64,000 bases of DNA from Oscillibacter sp. (GCA_022652655.1 JALCRQ010000003.1:27668-91667); one strand, 5' to 3'. Positions 17,073 to 26,338 are shown, counted from the first letter of the stretch. The notes: generated from the letters alone by a model not told the origin. Numbers and translations: made by a program.

Positions 17073-18836
17073 TTATTCGGCGCTGTGGGTATCCCGAAGC
17101 TCCTGGGTGCGCACCAGCTGGGCGTAGGCGCCGTTCTTCTCCATCAGTTCCCCGTGGGAGCCGATTTCGGCGATTCGTCCGTCCTCGATCACCGCGATCC
17201 GGTCCGCGTTCCGCACGGTGGAGAGGCGGTGGGCGATGATGACGGTGGTGCGGCCCCGGGCCAGCTTTTCAAAGGTGTGCTGGATTTTGGCCTCTGTGAC
17301 GCTGTCCAGAGCGGAGGTGGCCTCGTCCAGAATCAGCACCGGGGGATCCTTCAGAAAAATCCGGGCGATGGAAATGCGCTGCTTCTGTCCGCCGGAGAGC
17401 AGGGTGCCCCGCTCGCCCACGTAGGTGTCGAAGCCGTCGGGCAGGGACGCGATGTCGTCGTAGATCTCCGCCAGACGGGCCGCCTGCTCCACCTCCGCCT
17501 CAGCGGCGCCGGGCTTGCCGTAGCGGATGTTTTCCAGCACGCTGTCGGCAAAGAGAAATACGTCCTGCTGCACCACGCCTACGTTTTGCCGCAGGGACTC
17601 CTGGGTGACGTCCCGCACGTCCGTTCCGTCGATGCGGATGCACCCCGACGACACGTCGTAAAACCGGGGAATCAGCTGGCACAGGGTGGACTTTCCGCCG
17701 CCGGAGGGCCCCACCACCGCCAGCGTCTCCCCCGGGCGGATGTGGAGATCCACGTCGTGCAGCACCGCCAGATCGTCCTGATAGGCGAAGCTCACGTGTT
17801 CCACGTCGATCTGTCCCCGGACCCGGGCCAGAATTTTGGCGTCCGGCGCGTCCCGGAGGGAGGGCTCCGTCCGCATCAGCTCCACGAAGCGGTGGAGCCC
17901 GGCGGTGCCGTTGGCGAACAGCTCCGCGAAGTTGGAGAGCTTGCGCACGGGTGTGACGAAGGTGGTGATATAGAGGCTGAAGGTGATGAGATCGATGGTG
18001 TTCATCTTCCCGCCCATGATGAGCCCTCCGCCCACGGCGATGACGGCGGCGGGGAGAATACACAGGAAAAACTCCATGGTGGCGTTGAACCGCCCCATGG
18101 CCTTGTGAAACTGCCGCTTGGAAACCTTGAAGCTGTCATTGGAGACGTCGAACTTCCGCAGCTCTGTATCCTCGTTGGCAAAGGCTTTGGCGGTTTTGAT
18201 GCCGGACAGTCCGGATTCAATGTCCGCGTTGATGGCCGCGGTTTTCTGCTTGACCCGAACAGACGCCTCGCCCATGGAGCGCCGGCTGCGCCAGATCACC
18301 AGAAAGAAAACCGGGAGGATCAGGGTAATGACCAGGGCCAGCCGCCACTGAATGGTGAACATGACGCAAAGGGAGCCTGTGATGGTCACGGCCGAGATAA
18401 AGACGTCCTCCGGCCCGTGGTGCGCCAGCTCCGTAATATCGAAAAGATCGGCAGTGAGGCGGCTCATCAGCTGGCCGGTGCGGTTTTGATCGAAGTACCG
18501 GAAGCTGAGCTCCTGCATGTGGTGAAAGAGATCCCGCCGGATGTCGGCCTCCACCAGGATGCCGAAGGTGTGCCCCCAGTAGCAGATGACATAGGAGAGC
18601 AGCGAGCGGAGGGCAAACGCTGCGAATACCACGGCCATCACCGCGAAAAAAGTCCGGTATGCGCTCTGGGGCAGCAGCTCGTACATGCACCAGCGGGAGA
18701 TGTACGGGAACGCCAGGTCGATCAGGGAGATCAGCAGGGCGCAGGACATGTCCAGAATAAAGAGCTTTTTGTGGGGCGGGAAATAGGAGAGAAAAATCCG
18801 AAGGGCGGATTTATTCTGAAAATCGCGGGTTGTCAT
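17073..18836 (-). CDS. ABC exporter, fused permease/ATPase (MsbA/multidrug type)
   Basis: Six-TM N-terminal half. Walker A GPSGGGKST, signature LSGGQKQR, Walker B ILILDEATSALD. Confidence 0.9.
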   Translation of the reverse strand: MTTRDFQNKSALRIFLSYFPPHKKLFILDMSCALLISLIDLAFPYISRWCMYELLPQSAYRTFFAVMAVVFAAFALRSLLSYVICYWGHTFGILVEADIRRDLFHHMQELSFRYFDQNRTGQLMSRLTADLFDITELAHHGPEDVFISAVTITGSLCVMFTIQWRLALVITLILPVFFLVIWRSRRSMGEASVRVKQKTAAINADIESGLSGIKTAKAFANEDTELRKFDVSNDSFKVSKRQFHKAMGRFNATMEFFLCILPAAVIAVGGGLIMGGKMNTIDLITFSLYITTFVTPVRKLSNFAELFANGTAGLHRFVELMRTEPSLRDAPDAKILARVRGQIDVEHVSFAYQDDLAVLHDVDLHIRPGETLAVVGPSGGGKSTLCQLIPRFYDVSSGCIRIDGTDVRDVTQESLRQNVGVVQQDVFLFADSVLENIRYGKPGAAEAEVEQAARLAEIYDDIASLPDGFDTYVGERGTLLSGGQKQRISIARIFLKDPPVLILDEATSALDSVTEAKIQHTFEKLARGRTTVIIAHRLSTVRNADRIAVIEDGRIAEIGSHGELMEKNGAYAQLVRTQELRDTHSAE

Positions 18837-18926
18837 AGCAGTCTCCTTTTGTCGTGGTATCCAAGTCTTGTTCCAAAATACTACAAAAAAGCGTCCGGCG
18901 CAAGAGGGGGAAGCGGAAGATCTTTT

Positions 18927-18975
18927 CCGGGAAAAGAGCGGACTCCCCGTGTCTCAAGGACACGGGGAGTCCGCT
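18927..18975 (-). terminator. intrinsic terminator downstream of the 47-aa ORF
   Basis: On the minus strand: AGCGGACTCCCCGTGTC-loop-GACACGGGGAGTCCGCT followed by CTTTTCC. Confidence 0.75.
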
Positions 18976-19008
18976 GCGCGGGTTTTATGAATGGATGTGT
19001 GCTGCCGA

Positions 19009-19152
19009 TCAGCAGCAGGGTCCGCCGGGGCCGCCGGGTCCGCCGGGGCCGCCACCACAGCCACCCCATCCGCCGCAGCAGCAGATGATGATGATGGCGA
19101 TGATGATCCAGCAGCAGCAATTTCCACCGAAGAAGCCGTTGTTATTGCACAT
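19009..19152 (-). CDS. 47-aa Cys/Gly-rich tiny transmembrane peptide (YjcZ-like sporulation-peptide look-alike), not in the ORF track
   Basis: Minus-strand ATG at 19152 lies 7 nt after AGGAGG. Translation: MCNNNGFFGGNCCCWIIIAIIIICCCGGWGGCGGGPGGPGGPGGPCC*. It has its own terminator. Confidence 0.6.
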   Translation of the reverse strand: MCNNNGFFGGNCCCWIIIAIIIICCCGGWGGCGGGPGGPGGPGGPCC

Positions 19153-19228
19153 ACCGGAACCTCCTATGAAGTCGTAGACCGACAAGCATCAGTCTCAATC
19201 CATAGTATGCGGTCCCGTGAAATGGGTG

Positions 19229-20335
19229 TCAGCCGATTCTGTTCCCCTTGACCAGGGATTTTGCGGCCGAGGCCTCCGCGGCGGTAAAGACGCCCTTGGA
19301 GATCAGGATGCTGCGCAGCGTGCCGCCCTCGGCGGCTGAGGCATCCAGCGCGTAATAGGAGATGTAGACCAGATCCGCCCGAAGAAACGGCGCGGCCTTT
19401 AAAGACGAAATTTCGCCGGAGGTCAGAACGCCGCAGTCCACAGACCGGTCCAGCGTGCCGGAGAGGTCGGTGTTGGCGGTGGAGCTGTATCCCAGGGCGC
19501 GGAGCACAAACTCCGTATACTGGTAGACATTGACGGTTCTGGCCGGGGCCCAGGCGGTGGCGGTGTATCCGTTGGTGTACCCCTTTTCATAGGCGTAGCC
19601 CACGTATTTTGCGGCGTCGCTGCCCGCCGCGAGATCCGAAAACGGCGCGGAGCCGGAGAAGGCCAGTGCCTCGTCCTCCTCGCCCAGTACCCGGAGGAAC
19701 ATGATCAGCGCCTGCAGCCGGGTAGGGGCCAGCTCCAGGTCGTAGCCGCTGCCATAGCCTGTGAAGCTGCCGCGGAAAAGGTGCATGGTCTTGAGCGCCC
19801 CGGCCATGGCGTTGTAATCCGGCGCGGAGGAAAGGGCCAGGGCGTAGGGGCCCATATAGCTGAGGACGGCGGTTTTCGAGACGGCGGTAAAGGCGGCGGA
19901 GGTGTTTTCGGCGGTTATGCAGCGGTGCCGCGCCGTCAGCGCCGTGCCGCTGGGGACCGTGGTTCCCGCGGTCACGTCCACCACTGCGCCGGAGGCGAAT
20001 GTCACCTTGACGGAGCCGGCCAGCACCAGGACGTTGAGCCCCGCGGAGCCGGAGAGCACGTCCCCGGACTTGACCCGGAGCTCCGTCCAGGATGAGGCCG
20101 TGGTCTCCGCGGCGGCGGTTCCGGACAGCTTGGCCGAGGCGGCGTCCAGAAGGGACTGATCGGAGGCGTCCAGCTTTTCCTCAACCCGGGCGTCCACCTT
20201 GCCGGAGAAGACCTGTGTCAGATGCGACAGGGACACCAGGGGATCCGAGGCGTCGCCGCCGGCTGCCACTGCGGTGAGCACCAAGGCGGACAGCAGCAGG
20301 AAAAAAAGTGCGGAGAGTCGGATTCTTTTCTTCAT
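19229..20335 (-). CDS. secreted protein with C-terminal SLH-like repeats
   Basis: Signal peptide MKKRIRLSALFFLLLSALVLTAVAAG. The C-terminal half has the SLH-like pattern FSDL...AAKYVGYAYEKGYTNGY...RTVNVYQYTEFVLRALG. Confidence 0.6.
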   Translation of the reverse strand: MKKRIRLSALFFLLLSALVLTAVAAGGDASDPLVSLSHLTQVFSGKVDARVEEKLDASDQSLLDAASAKLSGTAAAETTASSWTELRVKSGDVLSGSAGLNVLVLAGSVKVTFASGAVVDVTAGTTVPSGTALTARHRCITAENTSAAFTAVSKTAVLSYMGPYALALSSAPDYNAMAGALKTMHLFRGSFTGYGSGYDLELAPTRLQALIMFLRVLGEEDEALAFSGSAPFSDLAAGSDAAKYVGYAYEKGYTNGYTATAWAPARTVNVYQYTEFVLRALGYSSTANTDLSGTLDRSVDCGVLTSGEISSLKAAPFLRADLVYISYYALDASAAEGGTLRSILISKGVFTAAEASAAKSLVKGNRIG

Positions 20336-20361
20336 TGCGGCTCCTTTCCGGCCGGGGGCGG

Positions 20362-21000
20362 TCAGCAGTTGAGGATTCGGTAGCTGAGAGTCAGCAGGCT
20401 GTCCGCAAAATGAATATTCTCAAACTGCACGCTGGGGCTGGTGCTGGTCAGTTCGATATTGGTGAAGTTCCAAAAGCCCTTCACGCCGAGGCCGATGAGA
20501 TGGTCGGCAGTTTCCTGGGCGATGGACTGGGGCACCGTGAGCACCACTACATCCACCGGGTGATTGGCAATGAATTCGTCCAGCTCGCCGCTGGAGAGAA
20601 CCGGAATGCCGTTGACCGTGGTGTTGACCACAGCGGGAGAGACGTCGAAGGCGGCGTCCACGGTAAAGCCGGTCTGGGAGAAGGGGAAATTCAGAAGGAG
20701 CGCGTGCCCCAGGTTGCCCACGCCGATCATAATCAAGTGGTGATTGTGATCCACGCCGAGAATGTGACCGATTTCCGCCCGCAGCTCCTCCACGTTGTAG
20801 CCGTAGCCCTGCTGGCCGAATTCGCCGAAGCAGCTGAAGTCCTGGCGGATCTGAGAGGCCGTAATATTCAGCTCCTCGCCCAGAGAGTGGGAGGAGATGC
20901 GGACGATCCCCCGGTGGTAAAGATCAGTCAGGCGGCGGTAGTAGCGCGGCAGACGGCGAATGACGGCGTCTGAAATGTTTTCTTTTTTCAAAATGATCAC
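20362..21000 (-). CDS. rex: redox-sensing transcriptional repressor Rex
   Basis: RRLPRYYRRL...ISSHSLGEELNITASQIRQDFSCFGEFGQQGYGYNV, followed by the Rossmann motif IGVGNLGHAL. Confidence 0.9.
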   Translation of the reverse strand: MIILKKENISDAVIRRLPRYYRRLTDLYHRGIVRISSHSLGEELNITASQIRQDFSCFGEFGQQGYGYNVEELRAEIGHILGVDHNHHLIMIGVGNLGHALLLNFPFSQTGFTVDAAFDVSPAVVNTTVNGIPVLSSGELDEFIANHPVDVVVLTVPQSIAQETADHLIGLGVKGFWNFTNIELTSTSPSVQFENIHFADSLLTLSYRILNC

Positions 21001-21279
21001 TCCTGCTTATTTGAAAAAATCTCGGGTATTACACCATGGATTGCAGCTCATTTACGGTATGGCGGCCGCTCCGCCGGCTGCCCCGCGGGGGTCGGAGCAG
21101 AGGACAATCTGTTGCGCGGCGGCGGTGGGCGCCTTGCTGCGAAGGGAGAATTGAAACTTTCCGGCAATTCTACCATATCTTACATTTACTGTATAAATCA
21201 TTATGGTATGCAGTTTACCGTAAAAAAGGAAACTTGTCAATTTTTTTAACGAACTTTTGAAAAATTTTTTCCAGACGTC

Positions 21280-21308
21280 TTTACAGATGGGGATTTCCCT
21301 GTTATACT
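21280..21308 (+). promoter_or_regulatory. sigma-A-like promoter for tRNA-Arg
   Basis: TTTACA (21280-85), a 17-nt spacer, then TATACT (21303-08), 13 nt before the tRNA 5' end. Confidence 0.6.
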
Positions 21309-21317
21309 AATAAAAGA

Positions 21318-21397
<80 letters not shown>

Positions 21398-21421
21398 CGT
21401 CGGAGCGCATTGCGCTCCGCA

Positions 21422-21451
21422 GCAAAAACCAGTCTTCGGACTGGTTTTTGC
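21422..21451 (+). terminator. intrinsic terminator after tRNA-Arg
   Basis: GCAAAAACCAGTC-TTCG-GACTGGTTTTTGC followed by TTTG. Confidence 0.75.
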
Positions 21452-21553
21452 TTTGTCCGCTCCATGGCCCCTCCTTTTCAGACGCGACCCGCTGCGCTGG
21501 GCCCGCGTCTGAGAGAACGAGGATGTGGAATATCTTTTTCGCCCCGTATATAC

Positions 21554-21596
21554 AAAAGCAACCCCCTGAGACTCAAAGTCTCAGGGGGTTGCTTTT
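21554..21596. terminator. bidirectional terminator (ends the kdpE operon on the minus strand)
   Basis: AAAAGCAACCCCCTGAGAC-TCAAA-GTCTCAGGGGGTTGCTTTT. Confidence 0.8.
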
Positions 21597-21651
21597 CTGC
21601 AAGGTACGCGCAGAAGTACACGCTGATTGATTCCGCCCTCCCCGGGAAGGT

Positions 21652-22371
21652 TCAGTCCTGGGCCGTGCCTCCGTCCGAAAGCCGCAGCATCCGGTAGCCC
21701 ACGTTCACGTGGGTCTGGATGAGCTTCTGCCCCAGCGGCACCTCCAGCTTTTTGCGCAGCGTCGCCATATAGACCCGCAGAGACGGCGAGTCGTAGGGCA
21801 GGGCGTTCTGCCAGACCTCTTTGATAAAGTAGTTGTGGGTGAGCACCTTGCCCACATTGCGGCTGAGCAGGCACAGCAGCTTGTATTCGATGGGGGAGAG
21901 GTGAATTTCCCGACCGTCCACAAAAACGCACCCGCCGGCATAATCAATTTTCAGCGGGCCGTTGGTGAAAACCAACTCCTGCTCCGCCGCGCTGCCCCGC
22001 AGGTACTGCAGCCGCCGCAGTGCCACCCGCAGCCGGGCCAGCAGCTCGTCGATGCTGAAGGGCTTGGTGAGGTAGTCGTCCGCGCCGGCGTCCAGGGCGG
22101 CGATTTTATCCGAGTCGTCGCTGCGGGAGCTGACGATGATGATGGGCATCTGCGACCAGGTGCGGGTTTTGACGATCACATCCACGCCGTCCATGTCCGG
22201 AAGGCCCAGGTCCAGAATCATCAGGTCTGGCTGCTGGGAAACCGAGGTGAGGATGGCAGCCTTGCCGGTCTCCGCGCTCTCGTGCCGGTAGCCCTGGGAC
22301 TCCAGCGTCAGTGCGATGAGATTGCGCACGGGCTTGTCGTCCTCAACGATCAGCACCAGGGGCTTTGTCAT
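21652..22371 (-). CDS. kdpE: OmpR-family response regulator, KdpE-like
   Basis: Receiver domain (LIVEDD...DLMILDLGLPDMDG...IIVSSRSDDSDKIAALDAGADDYLTKPF) plus a winged-helix output domain. RBS GAGGAGG. Confidence 0.85.
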   Translation of the reverse strand: MTKPLVLIVEDDKPVRNLIALTLESQGYRHESAETGKAAILTSVSQQPDLMILDLGLPDMDGVDVIVKTRTWSQMPIIIVSSRSDDSDKIAALDAGADDYLTKPFSIDELLARLRVALRRLQYLRGSAAEQELVFTNGPLKIDYAGGCVFVDGREIHLSPIEYKLLCLLSRNVGKVLTHNYFIKEVWQNALPYDSPSLRVYMATLRKKLEVPLGQKLIQTHVNVGYRMLRLSDGGTAQD

Positions 22372-24295
22372 TGAAATCTGCCTCCTCTCGTTTCAGAGAA
22401 AATGAAAATACGGCGCCGTGGGGCTTCGCGTCGCCCACCGTGATCTGTCCGCCGTGGGCCTCCACAATGGCCCGGCACAGAGCCAGCCCCAGTCCCAGGC
22501 CGCGGCGGTCGTCGCCGCGGAGTTTTTCGCCTGTATAGAACATCTCAAAGACATGGGCCTGCGCCTCCCGGGGGACGCCCAGCCCGTTGTCCGCCACGGA
22601 GATCCAGACCAGATCGCCCTCCTCCCGGGCCGACGCCGTGATGACGGAGCCCTCGGGGGTATATTTGATGGCGTTGTTCAGCAGGTTTACCAGCACCTGG
22701 TTGATCAGCGGCGCGTCCATCCGGGCGAACAGCAGCTCGCTGCCGGCCTCCACGCGGACAGTCCGCCCGCCGGAGCGCCGGATCACATGGGAGACGGCCT
22801 CGTCCAGCACGTCGCCCACCAGCTCCGGGCGCAGGTTGAGCTTCAGCGCGGCGTCGTCCATCCGGGTGATGGACAGCAGGTTTTCCACCAGGCTGATGAG
22901 CCAGGTGGAGTCGTCGTAAATGTTCTCGTAGAGAGACTGGCGCTGGGCGTCGCTGAGCACCACAGAGCCGTTCATCAGCATGTCGGCGTTGCCGGAGATG
23001 GTGGTCAGCGGTGTGCGCAGGTCGTGGGAGATGGAGCGGAGCAGGTTTGCCCGCAGCTTTTCCTGCTCCGCGGCCACGGCCAGAGACTGCTTGGCCTGCC
23101 AGAGCCGGTGCTTTTCCAACGCGGCTCCGCATTCGCCCAGCAGGGCCAGGAGCAGGCTGCGGTCAAACTCGTCGATATTCTCGCCGGGATTCAGCAGCAC
23201 CCCCACCACCACGCGGACGCGGCCGTGGCCCCGGATGGGAAAATACAGCCCGTCCTCGCCGCGCACCGCAGCCGGAGCGCCGGCCTCGCCTGTCAAAACG
23301 CACCGCAGGCCCTCCACCGCCCGGGGGGAGGGGGAATCGTCCGGCGCGTCGGTTACCAGCAGCGGTTTGTCCGGCGCCCCGTCGGTGACCGAGGCCACCA
23401 GAATAGGCCGGCCCAGCAGCTTGTGGAGCTGCCGGCCCGTCTCGGAGATGATATCCCCGTCGTTCTCCGCCGTCTGAAGATTCTGGCTGGCGGTGAGCAG
23501 CACTTCGGTGCGGTAGGCCTTGCGGGCGTTGGCACGGGCCTGGGTTTTGACCTTTGTGGTCAGGGAACCGGTCAGCATGGCCACCGCCAGCATGACGAAA
23601 AAGGTCAGCGGGTAGCTGCTGTCATAGGCCCGGAAGGTGAAACGCGGGTCGGTGAAGAAAAAATTGAACACCAGCACACTGAGCACGGATACGGCGATGC
23701 CGTAGGCCGGTCCCTCCGTAAAGTACGCGCACAGCAGCACCGAGAGAATATAGACCGGGATGATGCTGGCCGCGGGAAAGCGCCACTGCCACAGCAGCAG
23801 GCCGATTGCGGTGGCCGCGGTCAGAAGGCTCAGGGCAATGAGCGTAAAGCGCACGGAGAGACGGCGCCGGGGCCGCTGCCGCTCCCGGGGCGGGCGGGCC
23901 TGATTGTCTGGAATGATAAAGACCTCCAGCGTGGGGACCAGCTGCAGAAGCTGCTGCACGATGTCCGCGCCCCGCAGGCCCCGGCGCCGCTCGGCGGCCG
24001 GTCGGCCGATGACGATTTTCTTCACCTGGGCGGCGGTGACATAGAGAGCGATCTGTTCGACGACGGAGCCTCCGCTGACGTTGACCACCCGGGCGCCGCA
24101 GGATTTGGCCAGAGCGCTGTTGCGCTCCAGCCGCTTCCGGTCCTCAGGACTGATTCCGTCCATGGGCTCGACATAGAGGGCGGTGAGCTCGGCCTGATAG
24201 ACCCGGGCCATTTTATCGGCGGCCAGGACCACCTTTTCATTGGACGGCGACGGGGACAGGCAGACGAGGATCTGTTCGGCTGCGGGCGCTTCCAT
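22343..24295 (-). CDS. kdpD: KdpD-like sensor histidine kinase lacking the N-terminal KdpD (P-loop) domain
   Basis: The protein starts directly in a USP-like domain (ILVCLSPSPSNEKVVLAADKMA). This is followed by four TM segments, a GAF-like region, the H-box SISHDLRTPLTTI and a HATPase domain (NLLNNAIKYTP...DNGLGVP). I place the start at ATG 24295 after AGAGGAGGAA; the track start at 24340 is less likely. Confidence 0.85.
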   Translation of the reverse strand: MEAPAAEQILVCLSPSPSNEKVVLAADKMARVYQAELTALYVEPMDGISPEDRKRLERNSALAKSCGARVVNVSGGSVVEQIALYVTAAQVKKIVIGRPAAERRRGLRGADIVQQLLQLVPTLEVFIIPDNQARPPRERQRPRRRLSVRFTLIALSLLTAATAIGLLLWQWRFPAASIIPVYILSVLLCAYFTEGPAYGIAVSVLSVLVFNFFFTDPRFTFRAYDSSYPLTFFVMLAVAMLTGSLTTKVKTQARANARKAYRTEVLLTASQNLQTAENDGDIISETGRQLHKLLGRPILVASVTDGAPDKPLLVTDAPDDSPSPRAVEGLRCVLTGEAGAPAAVRGEDGLYFPIRGHGRVRVVVGVLLNPGENIDEFDRSLLLALLGECGAALEKHRLWQAKQSLAVAAEQEKLRANLLRSISHDLRTPLTTISGNADMLMNGSVVLSDAQRQSLYENIYDDSTWLISLVENLLSITRMDDAALKLNLRPELVGDVLDEAVSHVIRRSGGRTVRVEAGSELLFARMDAPLINQVLVNLLNNAIKYTPEGSVITASAREEGDLVWISVADNGLGVPREAQAHVFEMFYTGEKLRGDDRRGLGLGLALCRAIVEAHGGQITVGDAKPHGAVFSFSLKREEADFNDKAPGADR

Positions 24296-24332
24296 GCGGA
24301 TTCCTCCTCTTTCCCGGACGGATGAATGAATA

Positions 24333-24833
24333 TTACTCACAATTATAACACCGATATCTCCGGATTGCGAGCACCGCCAGCAAGATTGCCCCGCCGCTCA
24401 GCACGCCGGCCGCCGCAGCCAGCGGGCGGGAGAGAGGCACAGGCTCCTCCGCGCCCCGGGAGACGACGCGCAGGGTGTCGGCGTGGAGGTCCAGATCTCC
24501 GCCGTGATCCGCGCAGGCGCGATGGTATACGCCCTCCAGGCGCACGGTGTCCCCCCGCACGCCGTACCGTCCGTACAGACTGATTTTTTCGGCCTGATCG
24601 GCCCGCACCCAGCAGCCGATGGCGTTTTCGCCGTCGGACACGTTGATCCAGGCATGGTCGCCCCGGGGGAGTATTTCTCCGATGGCCTCCCCCTCAAAGG
24701 AGACCGTCTTGCCGTCCCACCGGGCGGCGTCCTCAATGAGATCGGCGGAGCCGACCTCCGCCGCCGCGGCGCGCGCCGGAAGGCACGCCAGCGGCAGGAC
24801 CAGCAGCAGAATTACCAGTATTTTTGACTGCAT
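24333..24833 (-). CDS. exported / C-terminally TM-anchored hypothetical protein (beta-rich, OB-fold-like)
   Basis: ATG 24833 follows AAAGGTGA. Signal peptide MQSKILVILLLVLPLACLPARAAAA and a C-terminal TM helix. The gene lies between trkH and kdpD and overlaps both neighbours. Confidence 0.55.
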   Translation of the reverse strand: MQSKILVILLLVLPLACLPARAAAAEVGSADLIEDAARWDGKTVSFEGEAIGEILPRGDHAWINVSDGENAIGCWVRADQAEKISLYGRYGVRGDTVRLEGVYHRACADHGGDLDLHADTLRVVSRGAEEPVPLSRPLAAAAGVLSGGAILLAVLAIRRYRCYNCE

Positions 24834-26338
24834 GACCGTTTCACCTTTCTCAGACCATAGGCGATCAGCGCCAGCACGGACATGAACTCCAGCCGGGCGA
24901 GCCACATGATGATAATGTATGTCACCTTTAAAAACGCGGGCATCGACGCCGCGGTAATGCCGATGGAGAGCCCGACGTTTCCGGTGGCCGAGGCGGATTC
25001 AAACGCCGCCATTGCCAGCGGATACCCGGCCAGCATTCCCGCCAGCGTCCCGATGGAAAAGGTGATGATATAGGCCGTAACGATGACGAAGGCACTGCGC
25101 ACCGCCTTGTCGGTGAGGATGATGTCCCGGATGTGGTGGATCCGCTGTTCCCGGCGCCGGGAGTCCGGCTGGAGCATCTGACGGATCTCCGCCTGGAAGG
25201 TTTTGAAGATGATGCCCGTGCGGATTCCCTTGAAGCCGCCGGCCGTGGAGCAGGCGCTGCCGCCGAAAAGCATGGCCAGGGTAATGGCAAACAGCGCGAT
25301 GTCGCCCCACTCGTAGTAGAACTGTTTGGCGTAGATGCTCATAAAGCCCGTGGTGGTGTGGCCGGAGATGAGCTGATAAAAGCCCTTGCGGAACAGCGCC
25401 ATCACATTGGGATAGACGTGGGCGCGCATCAGCCCCAGCGCCGTGAGACTGGCTGTCAGCGTCAGCGTGACGGTGAAGGTCACCGTTTCGATATTGCGCA
25501 CAAGCTCCTTGCGGTTGCCGCTGAGCACGGCGTGGTGAAGCGCAAAGTTAAAAGAGCCGATGACGAAGAAAACCACGGTGACCAGTTCAAAAAGGGCGCT
25601 GTGGTAGTAGAGCACATTCTGGCTCATGGGCCCGAAGCCGCCGGTGCTCCATGCGGACATGTAGATCCATATCCCGTGCAGAATGGCGCGGCCGCCCCGC
25701 ATACCCGCGGCAAAGGCGGCGAGGCTCATCACCACGGAGCCGATGAGAAGGTAGAACATGCTGATGCTCCAGATGCGCTTGGACGTACTGACCGCGTTGG
25801 GCATGAGCTTTTCGTCCTTCGCCTCGCCCACGTACATGGTGTAGGCTCCGCCGGCGTCCTTGGCCAGGAATGTCAGCGCCAGGACGATCATGCCCTGGCC
25901 GCCCAGAAACGTCAGCAGGTGGCGCCACATGTTGACGCCGTTGGAGAGGTGGTCCATATTCTGCACCAGGGTGAGGCCTGTAGTGGTGAGTCCGCTCATC
26001 ACGTCGAAGCAGGAGTCCAGATAGCTGAGATAGTTTCCGCACAGCCGGTAGGGAATGGCGCACAGCAGCATTCCCAGCCCCCAGGCGCCGGCGGAGACGG
26101 AGAGCCCCACGCCGAAGGAGAGCTTCTCCCGCCGGCGGGAAAATCCCAGCATCATCATGGAGAGGCCCAGAATCAGGGCGATGGACGCCGTGCACAAAAA
26201 GACCATCAGAATATTCCATTCCCGATAGACCAGCGACGTCAGCGCCGGAATCAGCTGCAGGGCGCCCAGTGTCATCGCCACCAGGCCCAGATAATAGGAT
26301 ACGGGATACAGTGCTCCCGTCAGTTCGTTTTTTCGCAT
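24812..26338 (-). CDS. trkH: TrkH/KtrB-family K+ uptake permease
   Basis: 508-aa polytopic protein with repeated pore-loop motifs (SGLTTTGL, SGHTTTGF, SATGNVGLS). Confidence 0.9.
   Translation of the reverse strand: MRKNELTGALYPVSYYLGLVAMTLGALQLIPALTSLVYREWNILMVFLCTASIALILGLSMMMLGFSRRREKLSFGVGLSVSAGAWGLGMLLCAIPYRLCGNYLSYLDSCFDVMSGLTTTGLTLVQNMDHLSNGVNMWRHLLTFLGGQGMIVLALTFLAKDAGGAYTMYVGEAKDEKLMPNAVSTSKRIWSISMFYLLIGSVVMSLAAFAAGMRGGRAILHGIWIYMSAWSTGGFGPMSQNVLYYHSALFELVTVVFFVIGSFNFALHHAVLSGNRKELVRNIETVTFTVTLTLTASLTALGLMRAHVYPNVMALFRKGFYQLISGHTTTGFMSIYAKQFYYEWGDIALFAITLAMLFGGSACSTAGGFKGIRTGIIFKTFQAEIRQMLQPDSRRREQRIHHIRDIILTDKAVRSAFVIVTAYIITFSIGTLAGMLAGYPLAMAAFESASATGNVGLSIGITAASMPAFLKVTYIIIMWLARLEFMSVLALIAYGLRKVKRSCSQKYW

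Noticed and set aside
17085-19088. 667-aa ORF on the plus strand, antisense to the ABC exporter.
   Set aside because: The same shadow-ORF pattern. The minus strand carries Walker A, Walker B and signature motifs in order.
17073-19152. The idea that the Cys-rich 47-aa peptide is a RiPP or bacteriocin precursor exported by the adjacent ABC transporter.
   Set aside because: - A strong terminator (18927-18975) separates the two genes.
- The transporter has no N-terminal C39 peptidase domain.
- There is no double-Gly leader.
- No modification enzymes (LanM/LanB, radical SAM, YcaO) are nearby.
18854-19177. Plus-strand 107-aa ORF with a collagen-like PGPPGPPGPPGPPP and poly-Q/M stretch.
   Set aside because: It is the mirror image of the minus-strand Cys/Gly-rich mini-ORF. 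Only the minus strand has an AGGAGG RBS at the correct spacing and a downstream terminator.
21234-21253. A Rex-operator-like sequence TTGTCAA-TTTTTTT-AACGAA about 235 nt upstream of rex.
   Set aside because: The half-site spacing is off by one relative to the TTGTTAA-N4-TTAACAA type. One half-site is imperfect. It sits in an AT-rich promoter region where such matches arise by chance.
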